DNA of 64,000 nucleotides from an uncultured Verrucomicrobiae bacterium (GCA_963707025.1 CAVPOM010000004.1:544001-608000), one strand, 5' to 3'; positions 18,255-29,784 are shown, counted from the first letter of the stretch. The notes: generated by a model not told the origin, from the sequence alone. A program made the numbers and translations.

Positions 18255-19966
18255 AAGAGTGAATAGCGCTGGGCCAGCGGCAGCACCTTCGCAGGAGCGC
18301 AGACGAGCGCCTCGCCATCGGCCGTCACTTCGTACGTTTCCGGGTCCACCGTGATGCGCGGCGTGGCGTCATTCCATTTCATGTCTTTTTTCCCAAGGCT
18401 CCGGCAGCCCTGCACCGCCTCGATGCGCTTGCTTAACCCATAGCCGGCGGCCACGCCTTTCTCCCGGCAAAGCCGGCTGACAAAAGCGATGGAAATGGGA
18501 CCGGGCGCGCGACCAAAAGCGCCGAACATCGGGCGCATATAAACCGGCTGGGGCGTTGGTATGGAGGCGTTGGGATCGCCCATCTGCGACCAAGCAATCA
18601 TGCCGCCTTTGACAACCATTTCCGGTTTGGCTCCAAAGAAAGACGGCTTCCATAACACCAAATCCGCCAGTTTGCCGGTTTCCACCGAACCGATGCAATG
18701 GGCCATCCCGTGTGAAATGGCGGGGTTGATGGTGTATTTGGCGATGTAGCGCTTGATGCGTGAATTATCGTTGCCGCCCGTCTCGCCCGGAAGCCGGCCG
18801 CGCTGGTTTTTCATCTTGTCCGCTGTCTGCCAGGTCCGGGTGATGACTTCGCCGATGCGGCCCATGGCCTGGGAATCCGAACTCATCATGCTGATCGCGC
18901 CAAGATCGTGCAGGATGTCCTCCGCGGCAATGGTTTCTCCGCGAATCCGGCTTTCGGCAAACGCCACGTCCTCTGGCAAATTGGCGTCGAGATGATGGCA
19001 AACCATGAGCATGTCCAGGTGCTCATCAATGGTATTGACAGTGTACGGGCGGGTGGGGTTGGTGGAACTGGGGAGGACATTTGGCTCGCCGCAAACGCGG
19101 ATGATGTCGGGAGCGTGCCCGCCGCCGGCCCCTTCGGAGTGATAAGTGTGAATGGTGCGGCCCTTGATGGCGGCGAGGGTGGCTTCGACAAAGCCGGATT
19201 CGTTCAAGGTATCCGTATGAATAGTGACTTGAACATCATATTCGTCGGCGATGCGGAGGCAGCAATCAATCGCGGCGGGGGTCGTGCCCCAGTCTTCGTG
19301 CAACTTCAAGCCCATGGCGCCGCCGAGAATTTGCTCCGGCAGGCCGGCAGGCAGGGCGGAATTGCCCTTGCCGGTGAAACCGAAATTGAGCGGCAGGCTG
19401 TCGGTCGCCTGGAGCATCATGCGCAAGTGCGGCGCGCCCGGAGTGCAAGTGGTGGCGCAAGTCCCGGTGGCCGGGCCGGTGCCGCCGCCCACCATCGTGG
19501 TCAAGCCGGCGGAGATGGCTTCGTGGGCCAGTTGCGGACAAATAAAATGAATGTGCGAATCAATGCCGCCCGCTGTCACGATCAGGCCCTCGGCGGCGAT
19601 AACTTCGGTGGTCACGCCCACAATCATTCCGGCGGTGACGCCCGCCATCACATCCGGATTGCCGGCCTTGCCGATGCCCGCAATGAGTCCGCCCTTGATT
19701 CCGAGGTCGGCCTTGTAAATGCCAGTGTAATCCACCACCAGGGCGTTGGTGATGACGCAGTCCAGCGCTTCCTTCTCGCTCACGCCCGCCGCCTGGCCCT
19801 GGCCTTCGCGAATGGTTTTGCCGCCGCCGAATTTGCATTCGTCGCCATAGACAGTGTGATCGCGTTCGACTTCCAGGACCAGCGACGTGTCACCAAGCCG
19901 GACGCGGTCGCCGGTGGTCGGGCCGAACATCTCGGCGTAATGCCGGCGTTTCATTTTGTGGGGCAT
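18251..19966 (-). CDS. ureC: Urease alpha subunit
   Basis: Ni-ligand motifs [33 protein letters not shown] flap, SSDSQAMGR. Confidence 0.99.
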   Translation of the reverse strand: MPHKMKRRHYAEMFGPTTGDRVRLGDTSLVLEVERDHTVYGDECKFGGGKTIREGQGQAAGVSEKEALDCVITNALVVDYTGIYKADLGIKGGLIAGIGKAGNPDVMAGVTAGMIVGVTTEVIAAEGLIVTAGGIDSHIHFICPQLAHEAISAGLTTMVGGGTGPATGTCATTCTPGAPHLRMMLQATDSLPLNFGFTGKGNSALPAGLPEQILGGAMGLKLHEDWGTTPAAIDCCLRIADEYDVQVTIHTDTLNESGFVEATLAAIKGRTIHTYHSEGAGGGHAPDIIRVCGEPNVLPSSTNPTRPYTVNTIDEHLDMLMVCHHLDANLPEDVAFAESRIRGETIAAEDILHDLGAISMMSSDSQAMGRIGEVITRTWQTADKMKNQRGRLPGETGGNDNSRIKRYIAKYTINPAISHGMAHCIGSVETGKLADLVLWKPSFFGAKPEMVVKGGMIAWSQMGDPNASIPTPQPVYMRPMFGAFGRAPGPISIAFVSRLCREKGVAAGYGLSKRIEAVQGCRSLGKKDMKWNDATPRITVDPETYEVTADGEALVCAPAKVLPLAQRYSLF

Positions 19967-19971
19967 GGCGG

Positions 19972-20736
19972 CTAGGAGAGTTTGTGGGCGAACCCTTCTT
20001 TGGCAACCCGTCGCATGGCGGATTCCCGGCCCGCTTGGGAAACGGGGCCGCCGGCCAAATTGTTTCCTCCGCGAATGACCTTTTTCCCGGCGATGTCCAC
20101 CAGGCGGACCGACTTGGTTTCGCCCGGCTCAAAACGCACCGCGGCACCCGCTGGAATGTCGAGGCGCTTTCCATAGGCTTTGGCGCGGTCGAAGCTTAAC
20201 GACGCATTGGTCTCGATGAAGTGGTAGTGACTGCCGACTTGCACGGGGCGGTCGCCCAGATTGGTGACAGCGAGGGTGAAGGCGTCGCGGCCCGCATTCA
20301 GCTCCAACTCTCCTTCCTGTGGCGTGCAAGCGCCAGGTGCAAAATCTTCTTCGCCGGCAGCGGTTTTGAAAGTGGCCAATTCCGGGACGGGCAGAAAACT
20401 GCCGTGCAAGGCCAGCGCGAGGTTGCCGTCTTGCGCAGCAATCGGATGATGGACCGTGACCAGCTTGGTGCCATCGGGAAAAGTCCCTTCGACCTGCACC
20501 TCGGCGATCATGGCGGGAACGCCGGCCATCACCTGATTGCGGCCCAGCAACTGGCGTCCCAAATCCATCAAGTCGGCGACGGTTTTCCCCTCACGGATAA
20601 ACTCAAGCAGTTGGGTGGCGATCAGGGCCACCGCTTCAGGATGGTTGAGGCGCAAGCCGCGCGCCAGGCGCTTCTGCGCCAGACAGCCGGCCTGGTGCAG
20701 AAGCAACTTGTCAATTTCGTGGGGACTAAGATGCAT
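19972..20736 (-). CDS. ureAB: Fused urease gamma-beta subunit
   Basis: Gamma motifs [10 protein letters not shown] and [17 protein letters not shown] followed by beta motifs [13 protein letters not shown] and [16 protein letters not shown] in one ORF. Confidence 0.97.
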   Translation of the reverse strand: MHLSPHEIDKLLLHQAGCLAQKRLARGLRLNHPEAVALIATQLLEFIREGKTVADLMDLGRQLLGRNQVMAGVPAMIAEVQVEGTFPDGTKLVTVHHPIAAQDGNLALALHGSFLPVPELATFKTAAGEEDFAPGACTPQEGELELNAGRDAFTLAVTNLGDRPVQVGSHYHFIETNASLSFDRAKAYGKRLDIPAGAAVRFEPGETKSVRLVDIAGKKVIRGGNNLAGGPVSQAGRESAMRRVAKEGFAHKLS

Positions 20737-20763
20737 GTTTGAATCTCATTTTGGCCGGCGAAC

Positions 20764-21594
20764 CTACCATTTTCGCGACCAGGGGTCATCGTGCAACAGT
20801 TCCGGCACAAAGGCAAGACATCGCTGAATTTCCCGGCTCACATCCTCCACCCGTTCTCCGGCCACGCGCAGCAGCGCGCCCTGGCGCAACGGGCTGGCGC
20901 TGACAAGGAGCGGCGCTCTGGGCACCACCGGTTGCGCCGCGGCATCGGCGAGTATTTGCGCGGCGTGGGGGGCAAGGCAATCTCCCATCACGACGACCAG
21001 GGCCAGGCAGTTGAAGCGGCCCATGCGGTGGGCGCCCTGCAACGGGCCTTGGGCCGCATCCAGCAGAAGCGAGTCCAGGAGAATGCGCTCGCCACCGAGG
21101 AATATTTCGTTGCGGCTTTGCAAACAGGTGAAAGCCCATCGTTCGCCGCGCGCCGCGCGCCCGGAACAAAACCAATCCAGCAGCACCAGTCCGGCGGAAG
21201 GTTGCAGGTGAAATTCCTGCCGCTGGTTGTAGGTGGAATCCGCAAATGCCTGGACCGGCTCCGGGGCCAGCACCAGGAGCGATCCTTCCTCCAAAGTGGC
21301 GCAGAGGCGGTGGCTGCACGGGCGAAGGCGGGGGTTGCGATAAACCTTGGTCAAGGCCTGGGTCGTGACGAAACACCGCGACTGAGGGCCAAGACGCAGG
21401 TCGAGGCTGGTCTCGTCGCCGGCCACCAAACCGCCGCCGAAGCTGGCCAGCCAGGCCCAGACACTCGGCCCGCGGGAACGGGGCAGCAGGAGCTTCAACG
21501 GATTGGACGCGCAGGCGGATGTGACGGTGCTTTGCCCGGAGACGACCTTGACCTCCAGGCGCGCATGGGCGGGTTTGACAACATGGCCCGTCAT
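20764..21594 (-). CDS. ureD: Urease accessory protein UreD/UreH
   Basis: GGGLVAGD, TTQALTKVY, GRAARGERWAF motifs; position in the operon. Confidence 0.93.
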   Translation of the reverse strand: MTGHVVKPAHARLEVKVVSGQSTVTSACASNPLKLLLPRSRGPSVWAWLASFGGGLVAGDETSLDLRLGPQSRCFVTTQALTKVYRNPRLRPCSHRLCATLEEGSLLVLAPEPVQAFADSTYNQRQEFHLQPSAGLVLLDWFCSGRAARGERWAFTCLQSRNEIFLGGERILLDSLLLDAAQGPLQGAHRMGRFNCLALVVVMGDCLAPHAAQILADAAAQPVVPRAPLLVSASPLRQGALLRVAGERVEDVSREIQRCLAFVPELLHDDPWSRKW

Positions 21595-22286
21595 ACCGTC
21601 AAATGTTTTCTGACGATCTCATCGTTCAGGTGGGCAATGGGGCCTTCGGCCACGACGGCTCCGCGATCCATAATATAAAAACTGTCGCCTGTACTGAGGC
21701 AAAAATCCAGATATTGTTCGACCAGGAGAATGCTGATTTTGCCTTCCTTCTTTATTTTGAGGAGCGTTTCGCCGATTTGGTCAATGATGTTGGGCTGAAT
21801 GCCCTCGGTCGGCTCGTCCAGAAGCAGCAGCTTGGGGGCGGTCAGCAGGGCGCGGGCGATGGCCAATTGTTGCTGCTGGCCGCCACTGAGGACGCCGCCC
21901 TTGCGCTGCAACATTTCTTTAAGCACGGGAAACAATTCCAGCACGCGATCCACCTGGCCGTTGGCCTTGGTTGCATGAATGACCAGGCTGATCTTCAGAT
22001 TCTCCCACACGGTGAGATTGGGAAAGATGTCGCGGCCCTGGGGAACATAGGCCAGGCCCAGGCGCGCGCGCTCCTCGGGATTCAATGCAGTGAGATCCAG
22101 GCCGTCGAATTTAACCGCACCGGTGTCCGTCTTCATCAGGCCGACGATGGATTTGAGGGTGGTCGTTTTACCGACGCCGTTGCGGCCCATCAGACACACC
22201 AGGCTGTGATTCGGCACCTGCAAATTCACGCCGCGCAGAATGCGGGAGCCTTGGATGGAAGCCGAAATGTCGGAAACTTCGAGCAT
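21591..22286 (-). CDS. urtE: Urea ABC transporter ATPase UrtE
   Basis: GRNGVGKTT, LSGGQQQQLAIARAL, LDEPTEGIQPNII. Confidence 0.95.
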   Translation of the reverse strand: MLEVSDISASIQGSRILRGVNLQVPNHSLVCLMGRNGVGKTTTLKSIVGLMKTDTGAVKFDGLDLTALNPEERARLGLAYVPQGRDIFPNLTVWENLKISLVIHATKANGQVDRVLELFPVLKEMLQRKGGVLSGGQQQQLAIARALLTAPKLLLLDEPTEGIQPNIIDQIGETLLKIKKEGKISILLVEQYLDFCLSTGDSFYIMDRGAVVAEGPIAHLNDEIVRKHLTV

Positions 22287-23056
22287 CAGTGTGGCGCTTT
22301 CTTTTTGCGGCCGAGATAGACCTCGATGACGCGCTCGTCATTTTGGACGCCATCCACCGAGCCTTCGCACAGGACGGAACCTTGATGGAGCACGGTGACT
22401 TTGCGGGCAATCTGGCGGACGAAGGTCATGTCGTGTTCAATGACCAGGATGCTGTGTTTGCCTTCCAGCCGGAGCAGCAGTTCGCCGGTCTTACGGGTTT
22501 CCTCATCGGACATTCCGGCGGCAGGCTCGTCCACCAGAAGCAATTTGGGGTCTTGGGCGATCAACATGCCGATCTCCAGCCATTGCTTCTGGCCGTGGCT
22601 CAGCGCCCCGGCCTTCCCATCAGCCCGCTGCGTCAGGCCCACCGTGTTGAGCACTTCCTCAATCCGGCTGCGCTGGTCCGCCGTGGTGCGATGGAACAGG
22701 GCGGAAAAGACCGCGCGCGAACCTTTCAAGGAAAGCAGCAGATTCTCAAACACCGTATGGTCCGTGTAAACGGAGGGAGTTTGAAATTTCCGGCCGATGC
22801 CCAAGCGGTTGATTTGATATTCATTCAGGCGCGTCAGGTCGGTGTCCCTGCCATACTCGATTTTGCCGCTGTCCGGCCGGGTGCGTCCGGTGATGAGATC
22901 GAGCATGGTGCTTTTGCCGGCGCCATTGGGGCCGATGATGACGCGCAGTTCGCCCTGATCCATGTAGAAATTCAACTCGGAAATGGCTTTGAAACCGTCG
23001 AAGGTTTTGTTGACGCCTTCGAGCATCAGAATAAATTCTTTGCGTGTGACGCTCAT
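22286..23056 (-). CDS. urtD: Urea ABC transporter ATPase UrtD (true start MSVTRKEF at 23056; ORF track over-extends)
   Basis: [34 protein letters not shown] overlaps the urtC stop. Confidence 0.94.
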   Translation of the reverse strand: MSVTRKEFILMLEGVNKTFDGFKAISELNFYMDQGELRVIIGPNGAGKSTMLDLITGRTRPDSGKIEYGRDTDLTRLNEYQINRLGIGRKFQTPSVYTDHTVFENLLLSLKGSRAVFSALFHRTTADQRSRIEEVLNTVGLTQRADGKAGALSHGQKQWLEIGMLIAQDPKLLLVDEPAAGMSDEETRKTGELLLRLEGKHSILVIEHDMTFVRQIARKVTVLHQGSVLCEGSVDGVQNDERVIEVYLGRKKKAPH

Positions 23057-24153
23057 GGCGTCCTCCCGTGCCGGCGGTTCAGGAAGGCCCGCAACTGGTC
23101 GGGCACGCCCACGATGCCTTTGGGCATGAAAACGGTTATGAGAATGAAAAGGCCGCCCAGGATAATCAGCCAAAGATCGGGATAAGCCCGGGTGGCCCAG
23201 CTTTTCAGGGCATTGATGGTGATGGCCCCCAGAACCGGCCCGATCAAGGTGCCGCGCCCGCCCACCGCCACCCAGACCACCGCCTCCAGCGATTTGTCCG
23301 GCGCCATCTCGCTGGGGTTGATAATGCCCACCTGCGGCACATACAGCACCCCCCCGAGGGCCGCGATCAAGGCGCAGAGCACAAAGACAAAGAGCTTGTA
23401 ATTGCCGGCCGCGTAGCCGCTGAACAGCACCCGGTTTTCGCTGTCGCGAATGGCCTGCTGAACCAGTCCAAATTTGGTCTGGCTCAGCCAGCGGCAGCCC
23501 AGATAAACCAACACCAGCACCAGCGCCGTGACCATATAGAGTCCCCGCTGGGTGGCTGGCACGCGCAGGTCGTGGCCAAGGATGAATTTGAAATCGGTAA
23601 ACCCGTTGTTCCCGCCCAGCAGCAGGCTGTTGCGAAAGAACAGCAAACAAGCGGCGTAAGTCAGCGCCTGGGTAAGGATGGAAAAATAGACTCCCCGGAT
23701 GCGCGAACGAAAGGCCAGGAAGCCGAAAACCAGCGCCAGAGTGCCCGGCAGCACAAACGCCATCATCAGGGCAAATGGAAAACTGGCGAAAGGCCGCCAG
23801 AAGGCGGGCAAACTGCTCCACCCCAGAAAAACCAGGAAATCCGGGATGGGCTTGTGATACTGGCCCAGGTCCCCGATCATGCGCATCAGGTACATCCCCA
23901 TCATGTACCCGCCCAAAGTGAAGAAGAGCGCCTGGCCAAGGCTGAGCAGCCCGGTGTAACCCCAGAGCATGTCCACGCTAATGGCCAAAATAGCGTAGCA
24001 AAGATATTTGCCGTAGAGGTTGATGCTGAAGTTGCTGACATGCAGGAAGCTGCCGGCGGGTGTGAACGCATTCAATGACGGCAAAACCACCAGCATAACG
24101 ATCACCGCGGCCATCACCCCCCAGCGTTCCGTTTTTGTCCCGGCGGGTCGCAT
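23053..24153 (-). CDS. urtC: Urea ABC transporter permease UrtC (start MRPAG at 24153)
   Basis: [47 protein letters not shown]. Confidence 0.94.
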   Translation of the reverse strand: MRPAGTKTERWGVMAAVIVMLVVLPSLNAFTPAGSFLHVSNFSINLYGKYLCYAILAISVDMLWGYTGLLSLGQALFFTLGGYMMGMYLMRMIGDLGQYHKPIPDFLVFLGWSSLPAFWRPFASFPFALMMAFVLPGTLALVFGFLAFRSRIRGVYFSILTQALTYAACLLFFRNSLLLGGNNGFTDFKFILGHDLRVPATQRGLYMVTALVLVLVYLGCRWLSQTKFGLVQQAIRDSENRVLFSGYAAGNYKLFVFVLCALIAALGGVLYVPQVGIINPSEMAPDKSLEAVVWVAVGGRGTLIGPVLGAITINALKSWATRAYPDLWLIILGGLFILITVFMPKGIVGVPDQLRAFLNRRHGRTP

Positions 24154-24158
24154 ATCAT

Positions 24159-25917
24159 TTAATCCAGGCTGCGGCTGCGGCTGGCAAACAAACCGCCGGG
24201 CTTCCATTGCAAAAAGACGATGATGGCCACCAGGACGACAATCTTTCCCGTGACGGGCGAACCGGTGGTTTGCTGGAGGACTTGGTCGGCGGTGCCGATG
24301 CCAAAGGCCGAGCAGACGGTGCCGACGATGCTGCCCACGCCGCCCAAAACCACCGTCATGAAACTGTCCACGATGTAGGATTGCCCGAGGCTGGGGCCGA
24401 CATTGCCGATTTGCGAGAGAAAGGCCCCGGCCAAACCCGCCAGGCCGGAACCAAAGGCGAAGGTCACCATGTTGATCCGCCGGGTGCGCACGCCCAGGCA
24501 GGCCGCCATGTCGCGATTTTGCATGACGGCGCGGATGAGCAGCCCCAGCGGAGTCTTTGTCAACAATAGCCAGGTTCCCAGAACGATGACCGTGGCAAAC
24601 CCAACGACAAAGACGCGATTGTAACCGAAAATAACGTCGTGGATGGAGAAATGCCCCTGCAGCCATGAAGGCGAATTGACCTGCACGTTGTTGGCCCCGA
24701 AAACCATGCGAAAACACTGTTGCATGACCAGCGAAACGCCCCAGGTGGCGAGGAGCGATTCCAAGGGCCTGCGATAAAGAAACCGGATGACGGTGCGCTC
24801 AATCAGCAACCCGGCCAGCGCCGCCATGATAAAGCTCAAGGGCAGCGCGACAAGGAAATAGCCTTCATAGACCCAGCCTGTGGCGTTGAGCCCGGGGAGG
24901 TGCAGCCCGAAGCTCAGCGCCTTGCCGCCGAAGCTGAAGGGCAAAACGATGTGAAACCCGAAACCGGTTCCGAAAAGGTTTTGCACCACGTAACACGTAT
25001 AGGCCCCCACCGCGATCATTTCACCGTGCGCCATGTTGATGATTCCCATCAATCCAAACGTGATGGAAAGCCCCAGCGCCACCACCAGCAAAACCGAGCC
25101 GAGGCTCACGCCGTGAAAAATCGTGCCGAAGAAATTGACGCGCCCAATATGCACGTAAATGCTGCGGATCGCCCGGTTGGCCGACTTGGCCACTTCCGGC
25201 GGACAATCCGCCCTGGCAGCCAGGCGCTTGAGATTGTCGAGTGATCCCATGTCATTGAGCCGTTCCAATTGCTCCACGGCCGCCAGTTGCACCCTGGCAT
25301 CAGGGTCGGCCAGTTGCAGCAAGGCGACCGCTTCATCCATGGCTTTTCTGACCCCGGCGTCGCTTTCCTTGGCGCGACGGGCTTGCAAGACGGGGATGTA
25401 TTGCGGCTTCTGTGAATTGCCCAGCTTCGACACCGCCGATTGCCGCGCTTCGGGGTTGGGGTCCGCCAGCGCCAGCGAATCGAGCGCCTGCTGGATGCTC
25501 CTGCGCAAGCGCATGTCCACGTCCGCCGTGTTCAAATCGCTGGAGCCGAAGCGAAGTTCCACCCCTTTGCCATCCTTGAGAAATTGGCCGTCCAGGATGC
25601 TGATGGCGCGCGCTTTGCTGTTGGCATCCAGCGCGTCTTCCAGCAGCACCGGCGTTTTGGCGCCGTCCGGGGCGAGGTAGATATAAACGCCGTCACGCAG
25701 ACCAGGCGCTCAGGACATCGCGGACAATTTTGGAGGCGGAGTCGGCCAGCTCGCCGAGGAGTTTCTGCTGTTCCGGCCCTTCGCTCAAGACCGCCTGGGC
25801 CAATTGTTTGCGCACGCCGGCATCGTCCGCCGCGCCGGAAGCGGCGGTCATCGCGCCCGCAAGGAAAAGCAAACTCAACCATGACCGCGCTGGCGCTTTC
25901 AGTAGAATCTTCATCAA
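24159..25917 (-). CDS. urtB: Urea ABC transporter permease UrtB with N-terminal periplasmic HEAT-like region; one-base frameshift near 25701
   Basis: [18 protein letters not shown] and [16 protein letters not shown]. Signal-peptide ORF 25693..25917 joins ORF 24159..25649 if one base is removed in TGG-t-CTG-CGT-GAC ([11 protein letters not shown]). Confidence 0.88.
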
Positions 25918-25932
25918 TCTTCACTAATAAAC

Positions 25933-25959
25933 AGGGGCGGAGCCACCGGCTCCGCCCCT
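25933..25959 (-). terminator. Perfect 12-bp stem-loop between urtA and urtB (partial terminator or mRNA stabiliser)
   Basis: AGGGGCGGAGCC-acc-GGCTCCGCCCCT, followed on the minus strand by GTTTATT. Confidence 0.65.
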
Positions 25960-26000
25960 TGAACTCGGAGCAAGCAATAGACCGCAAGGCCGGAGCCTTG

Positions 26001-27314
26001 TTATTTAGACATGGCCGCGAGCTTTTGGTCAAGACCCTGCAGGAGGAACGGTTCGCCGGCAACTTGATCGAAGGTCTTGAGTATCTTGAACTGGCCGTTG
26101 GCCCGGGTATCGCCAATATAGACATTTTTGACCGTGTGATGATTTTTCTCCATGGTGGTTTTCCCGCCCGGCCCATTGAAGCTGATGGTGCCGGATTCGA
26201 GCGTTGTCCGGACCTTGTCCACGTCGAAGGTGCCGGCCTTTTCCACCGCCGCCTTCCACAGATAGGCTCCGTCGTAAGAGAGCACCATCGGGCTGTCCAT
26301 GGCGCGTTTCTCCTTGACCACGCCCGGATGGTCTTCGGTCTTGAGCCAGTTGTCCCAACGAGCCAGGAAAGCCTTGTTTTCCGGTGTGTTGATGGACATG
26401 AAATAAGTCCAGCAACCCAGTTCGCCCACCAGGTCCTTGGTGGGCAGGGCGCGCAACTCGTCCTCCGCCAGGCTGAATGAAACGACCGGGCAATCCGCCG
26501 GGGTCAGACCCGCCGCCGCGACTTCCTTGAAGAACGGCACATTGGAGTCGCCGTTGATGGTATTGATCACGCAAGCATCGCCGCTGGCGGCGAACTGTTT
26601 GATCTCTGCCACAATCTGCTGATAGTCGGTGTGGCTGAAGGGTGTGTATTTGCCGGCGGAAATCACCTTGCCCGAGTCATCCTTGCGCAGGCCCCCGCCG
26701 ATGTCCTCGATCTTGATCCCATGCAGCAGGAGGTATTTGTAGAGGATCAGATCGGTGGTCTGGGGGTAAACGTAGTCGGTGCCGATCAAATAGAATTTCT
26801 TCTTGCCCTGCGCCAGCATGTAATCCACCGCAGGAATGGCCTGCTGGTTGACCGCTTCGGCGGTGTAGAATATGTTTTTGGACAACTCCTCGCCTTCATA
26901 CTGCACCGGATAGAAAAGCATGCCGTTGTCCTTCTCGAAGACCGGCAGGACGGACTTGCGGCTGACCGAGGTCCAGCAGCCGAAAACCACCGCAACTTTG
27001 TCCTCCTCCAAAAGCTGCTTGGCTTTCTCGGCGAACAACGGCCAGTTGGAGGCGCCATCCACGATGACCGCTTCAATCGTGTAGGTTTTGCCGCCCACTT
27101 TGATGCCGCCGGCCTTGTTGATTTCATCGAAGGCGAAGAGCAGGACATCGCGCAAGGAGGTCTCGCTTATGGCCATGGTGCCGCTGAGGGAATGGAGGAT
27201 GCCGACTTTAACCGTGTCCGCCGCGGCGGTGTGGATGGCGAGAATTGCGGCGGCGCAACCTCCCAGCCATTTGAACAGGCAGGATTTCACAGGAGTTATC
27301 AGTTGCAGTTTCAT
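26001..27314 (-). CDS. urtA: Urea ABC transporter substrate-binding protein UrtA
   Basis: Signal peptide, [42 protein letters not shown]. Confidence 0.96.
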   Translation of the reverse strand: MKLQLITPVKSCLFKWLGGCAAAILAIHTAAADTVKVGILHSLSGTMAISETSLRDVLLFAFDEINKAGGIKVGGKTYTIEAVIVDGASNWPLFAEKAKQLLEEDKVAVVFGCWTSVSRKSVLPVFEKDNGMLFYPVQYEGEELSKNIFYTAEAVNQQAIPAVDYMLAQGKKKFYLIGTDYVYPQTTDLILYKYLLLHGIKIEDIGGGLRKDDSGKVISAGKYTPFSHTDYQQIVAEIKQFAASGDACVINTINGDSNVPFFKEVAAAGLTPADCPVVSFSLAEDELRALPTKDLVGELGCWTYFMSINTPENKAFLARWDNWLKTEDHPGVVKEKRAMDSPMVLSYDGAYLWKAAVEKAGTFDVDKVRTTLESGTISFNGPGGKTTMEKNHHTVKNVYIGDTRANGQFKILKTFDQVAGEPFLLQGLDQKLAAMSK

Positions 27315-27361
27315 AAGATTAATTTTGTTTTTTGGTTATGGGGTTGATGGTGCCAGGTTTC

Positions 27362-28663
27362 TCAGAACGTGTAGGATGCGCCCATGCCGATGATGAACTG
27401 GTCGCTCTTGCCGTTCAGAGCGGTGGAAACAGTGGAGTGGTTCCAGCGGATTTCAGGTTGAATCTTGATATTGTCCGCGGGTTTCCAGTTCAGGGTCAAG
27501 GTGACGCTGGACAAATCCTGGCCGTGGGCGAAGCCGACACCAGGAAAACCCGTTCCGCTGGGGTCGGGGGATTGGTAAAGGGTGGCGAAACCAGTGGGGT
27601 CATAGAGGAAATCGGCCCGCAAGGCCCAGGTGGTTTTGGCCACCAAATCACCCGTCAACCAGCCGCCAATGGACCAAAAATCACTGTCTTTGAGCGGCGT
27701 GCCGCGAAAGGAATATCTCCAATAATCCAATTCCGTGGCAAAGCTGAGGTTGTCCACCTCAGTCAGTTTGCGAGTGCCAATAAAGGAAACGCCATCGTCC
27801 CGCCAGGCTGGAGAGAAGTCCTGACGTCCAGAAAAGCCCAGGAAGGCCAGGGAGGTTTTGGCATCCGGCTTGATGTAGACTCCGCCCATGAAGGTTTTGG
27901 ATCCCGTGTCAATCGGGCCGGTGAACAGGCCGTTTTGCAGGCGCAGCTTGAAGCCGATCCAGTCGGTGAAGTCATAGGCGACTTGCACGCCGGTGGAGGG
28001 CGGGTTGCCGGTGTAGTACCACTGGTAGCCTTGGGAAAAGTTATCGTTGGCAATCCCGCCATCGCCGGATTCATAGTTGAGCAAGGAAATCAATTCGCCA
28101 GCCTTGACGTCCAGGCCGGTGCCGATCGGGACGTTCAATTCGACATAGGCCTCGCGGATAGCGCTGAAGCCGGCCACGCCACTTTTTGGGTCCACGATGG
28201 GGGCGTCCTGACCGAAGATCAGCGAGGTGCGGTAGCCGGCGTCCCACTTGTCCTTCTCCACCGCCGGGCTGGCGAGAGTCAGTTTAAACTCGTTCAATGT
28301 AAAGGAGTTGAGTTTGGTGTTCCACAGGTAGCCGCTCGGCGCGTTGTCCTTGGAATTGGCCACGTCATAAAAATATGAGGCGCTGACAGCTCCGCTAATG
28401 ATGATGGAGGACAGGGCTTTGACTGGCTGGGTGGAGTTATCGCCACTGGGTTGAATTCCTTCCTTTTTCATAAGGTCCTCCAGGGCATCCAGGCGTTTTT
28501 TCAACGCCATGTTTTCCTGTTCCAGTTTATTGGTGTCCATTTGAGCCTGGAGGGAAAAACTGCCGGTGAACATGGTTGCAAGAACCACCCCGACGGCTCC
28601 CATTGTGGACAGGGTGGTTCGGTAGTTTTTGTTGCTGTATAACATTTGCTCGTGTCTGTTCAT
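27362..28663 (-). CDS. Outer-membrane beta-barrel porin (putative beta-barrel porin-2/OmpL-like), first gene of the urea operon
   Basis: Signal peptide, coiled-coil linker, alternating aromatic beta strands, EAYV…GLDVKAGE…NYES motif, terminal YTF. Start uncertain (28663 or 28645). Confidence 0.75.
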   Translation of the reverse strand: MNRHEQMLYSNKNYRTTLSTMGAVGVVLATMFTGSFSLQAQMDTNKLEQENMALKKRLDALEDLMKKEGIQPSGDNSTQPVKALSSIIISGAVSASYFYDVANSKDNAPSGYLWNTKLNSFTLNEFKLTLASPAVEKDKWDAGYRTSLIFGQDAPIVDPKSGVAGFSAIREAYVELNVPIGTGLDVKAGELISLLNYESGDGGIANDNFSQGYQWYYTGNPPSTGVQVAYDFTDWIGFKLRLQNGLFTGPIDTGSKTFMGGVYIKPDAKTSLAFLGFSGRQDFSPAWRDDGVSFIGTRKLTEVDNLSFATELDYWRYSFRGTPLKDSDFWSIGGWLTGDLVAKTTWALRADFLYDPTGFATLYQSPDPSGTGFPGVGFAHGQDLSSVTLTLNWKPADNIKIQPEIRWNHSTVSTALNGKSDQFIIGMGASYTF

Positions 28664-28780
28664 GTTAATAATGTTAAATAAAAGGCAGGATCCAGAGCAC
28701 ATGGCCAAAACTGCGCGACTTGGCTCACTGCCTGCTGCCACACCGATTGCGGCTTGGAAGATCGCCTTCAATTGGGGCAT

Positions 28781-28797
28781 AGCTTTGACAGTGCCAA
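28781..28797 (-). promoter_or_regulatory. Candidate sigma-54 (-24/-12) promoter for the urea operon
   Basis: Minus strand TTGGCACTGTCAAAGCT: GG-N10-GC with a perfect TGGCAC, upstream of a nitrogen-scavenging operon. Confidence 0.55.
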
Positions 28798-28823
28798 AAG
28801 GCGGGCCAAGCCTTGGAAGTTGT

Positions 28824-28838
28824 TTGAATAGTTTTCAA
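28824..28838. promoter_or_regulatory. Candidate LysR binding site (dyad T-N11-A)
   Basis: TTGAA-TAGTT-TTCAA palindrome just upstream of the divergent LysR ATG. Confidence 0.45.
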
Positions 28839-28845
28839 CAAAAAC

Positions 28846-29784
28846 ATGAAATCCGCTCACCTTGGGCAAACGCCTCTGGATTCCCGTCAGCTAAACGCCT
28901 TTGTCAGTCTGGCGCGCACGGGCAGCTTTAAGGAGACAGCGGCGGAACTTTTCCTGACGCACTCGGCCATCAGCCATACCATGCGCTCTTTGGAAGAAGA
29001 AGTGGGCTGTAGATTATTGACCAGAATGAGCAAAAGAGTGGTGCTGACTGACATGGGGGAGGCTCTTTTGCACCATGCTGAACATGGCCTCAAAGAATTC
29101 GCCAAGGCGCGGGAAACCCTCGACCACCTTAAGCAATGGGGGGCGCCCCGGCTTCGGGTTGGAGCGGATGCGAGCGTTTCCCGGCAATTGCTTCCCTTGG
29201 TCTTGAGCCAGGCGCGGCAGGCGCATCCCCGGCTGCGTTTCACCACGCGCGTGGTTCGACCTTGGGAAGCAGTGGCCAGCCTGGCGAACGAAGAACTGGA
29301 CCTGGTTTTGGGCGAATCTCAGAAGACAATTCCAGAAATTGCCTTCACCACGCTTTTTGAAGATTCATTGCGCGTCGTGGTCGCGGCCTCTCATCGCTGG
29401 GCCGCGCGGGGCAGGATCGCGCCGGGTGAACTGGCCAGGGAACCCTGCTTGCTTACTAGCAAATCTCATCCGACCAGCCGGTTGATAGAGCGCTATTTTG
29501 CCGCCGAACAAATCGAGTTGAATGCCATCGCCGAGATGGACAGTTTTGATGGGATCAAAGAACTGGTCAAGGACGGAACCGCCATCAGCGTGCTGCCGTT
29601 GTGGGTCGTGCAAGATGATCTGGCTGCGGGGGTTTTGGCCGAGTTTCCGCCGGGCCGGCGCGCCTTGACTCAGGCCTGGGGACTCTACCGCTGGCGCAGC
29701 CGTCCTGTCGCCGTGGTGGAAAACAGCTTTCGCGTCTTGTGCGAAGCGGCCGCAGGCAACATGATCAAGACAACCACCACTTGA
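28846..29784 (+). CDS. LysR-family transcriptional regulator
   Basis: N-terminal HTH GSFKETAAELFLTHSAISHTMRSLEEEVG; 312 aa; divergent from the urea operon. Confidence 0.95.
   Translation: MKSAHLGQTPLDSRQLNAFVSLARTGSFKETAAELFLTHSAISHTMRSLEEEVGCRLLTRMSKRVVLTDMGEALLHHAEHGLKEFAKARETLDHLKQWGAPRLRVGADASVSRQLLPLVLSQARQAHPRLRFTTRVVRPWEAVASLANEELDLVLGESQKTIPEIAFTTLFEDSLRVVVAASHRWAARGRIAPGELAREPCLLTSKSHPTSRLIERYFAAEQIELNAIAEMDSFDGIKELVKDGTAISVLPLWVVQDDLAAGVLAEFPPGRRALTQAWGLYRWRSRPVAVVENSFRVLCEAAAGNMIKTTTT

Noticed and set aside
22286..24717. Apparent long UrtD (511 aa) and UrtC (554 aa) fusions in the ORF track
   Set aside because: The N-terminal parts are off-frame overlaps of upstream genes; real starts are 23056 and 24153.
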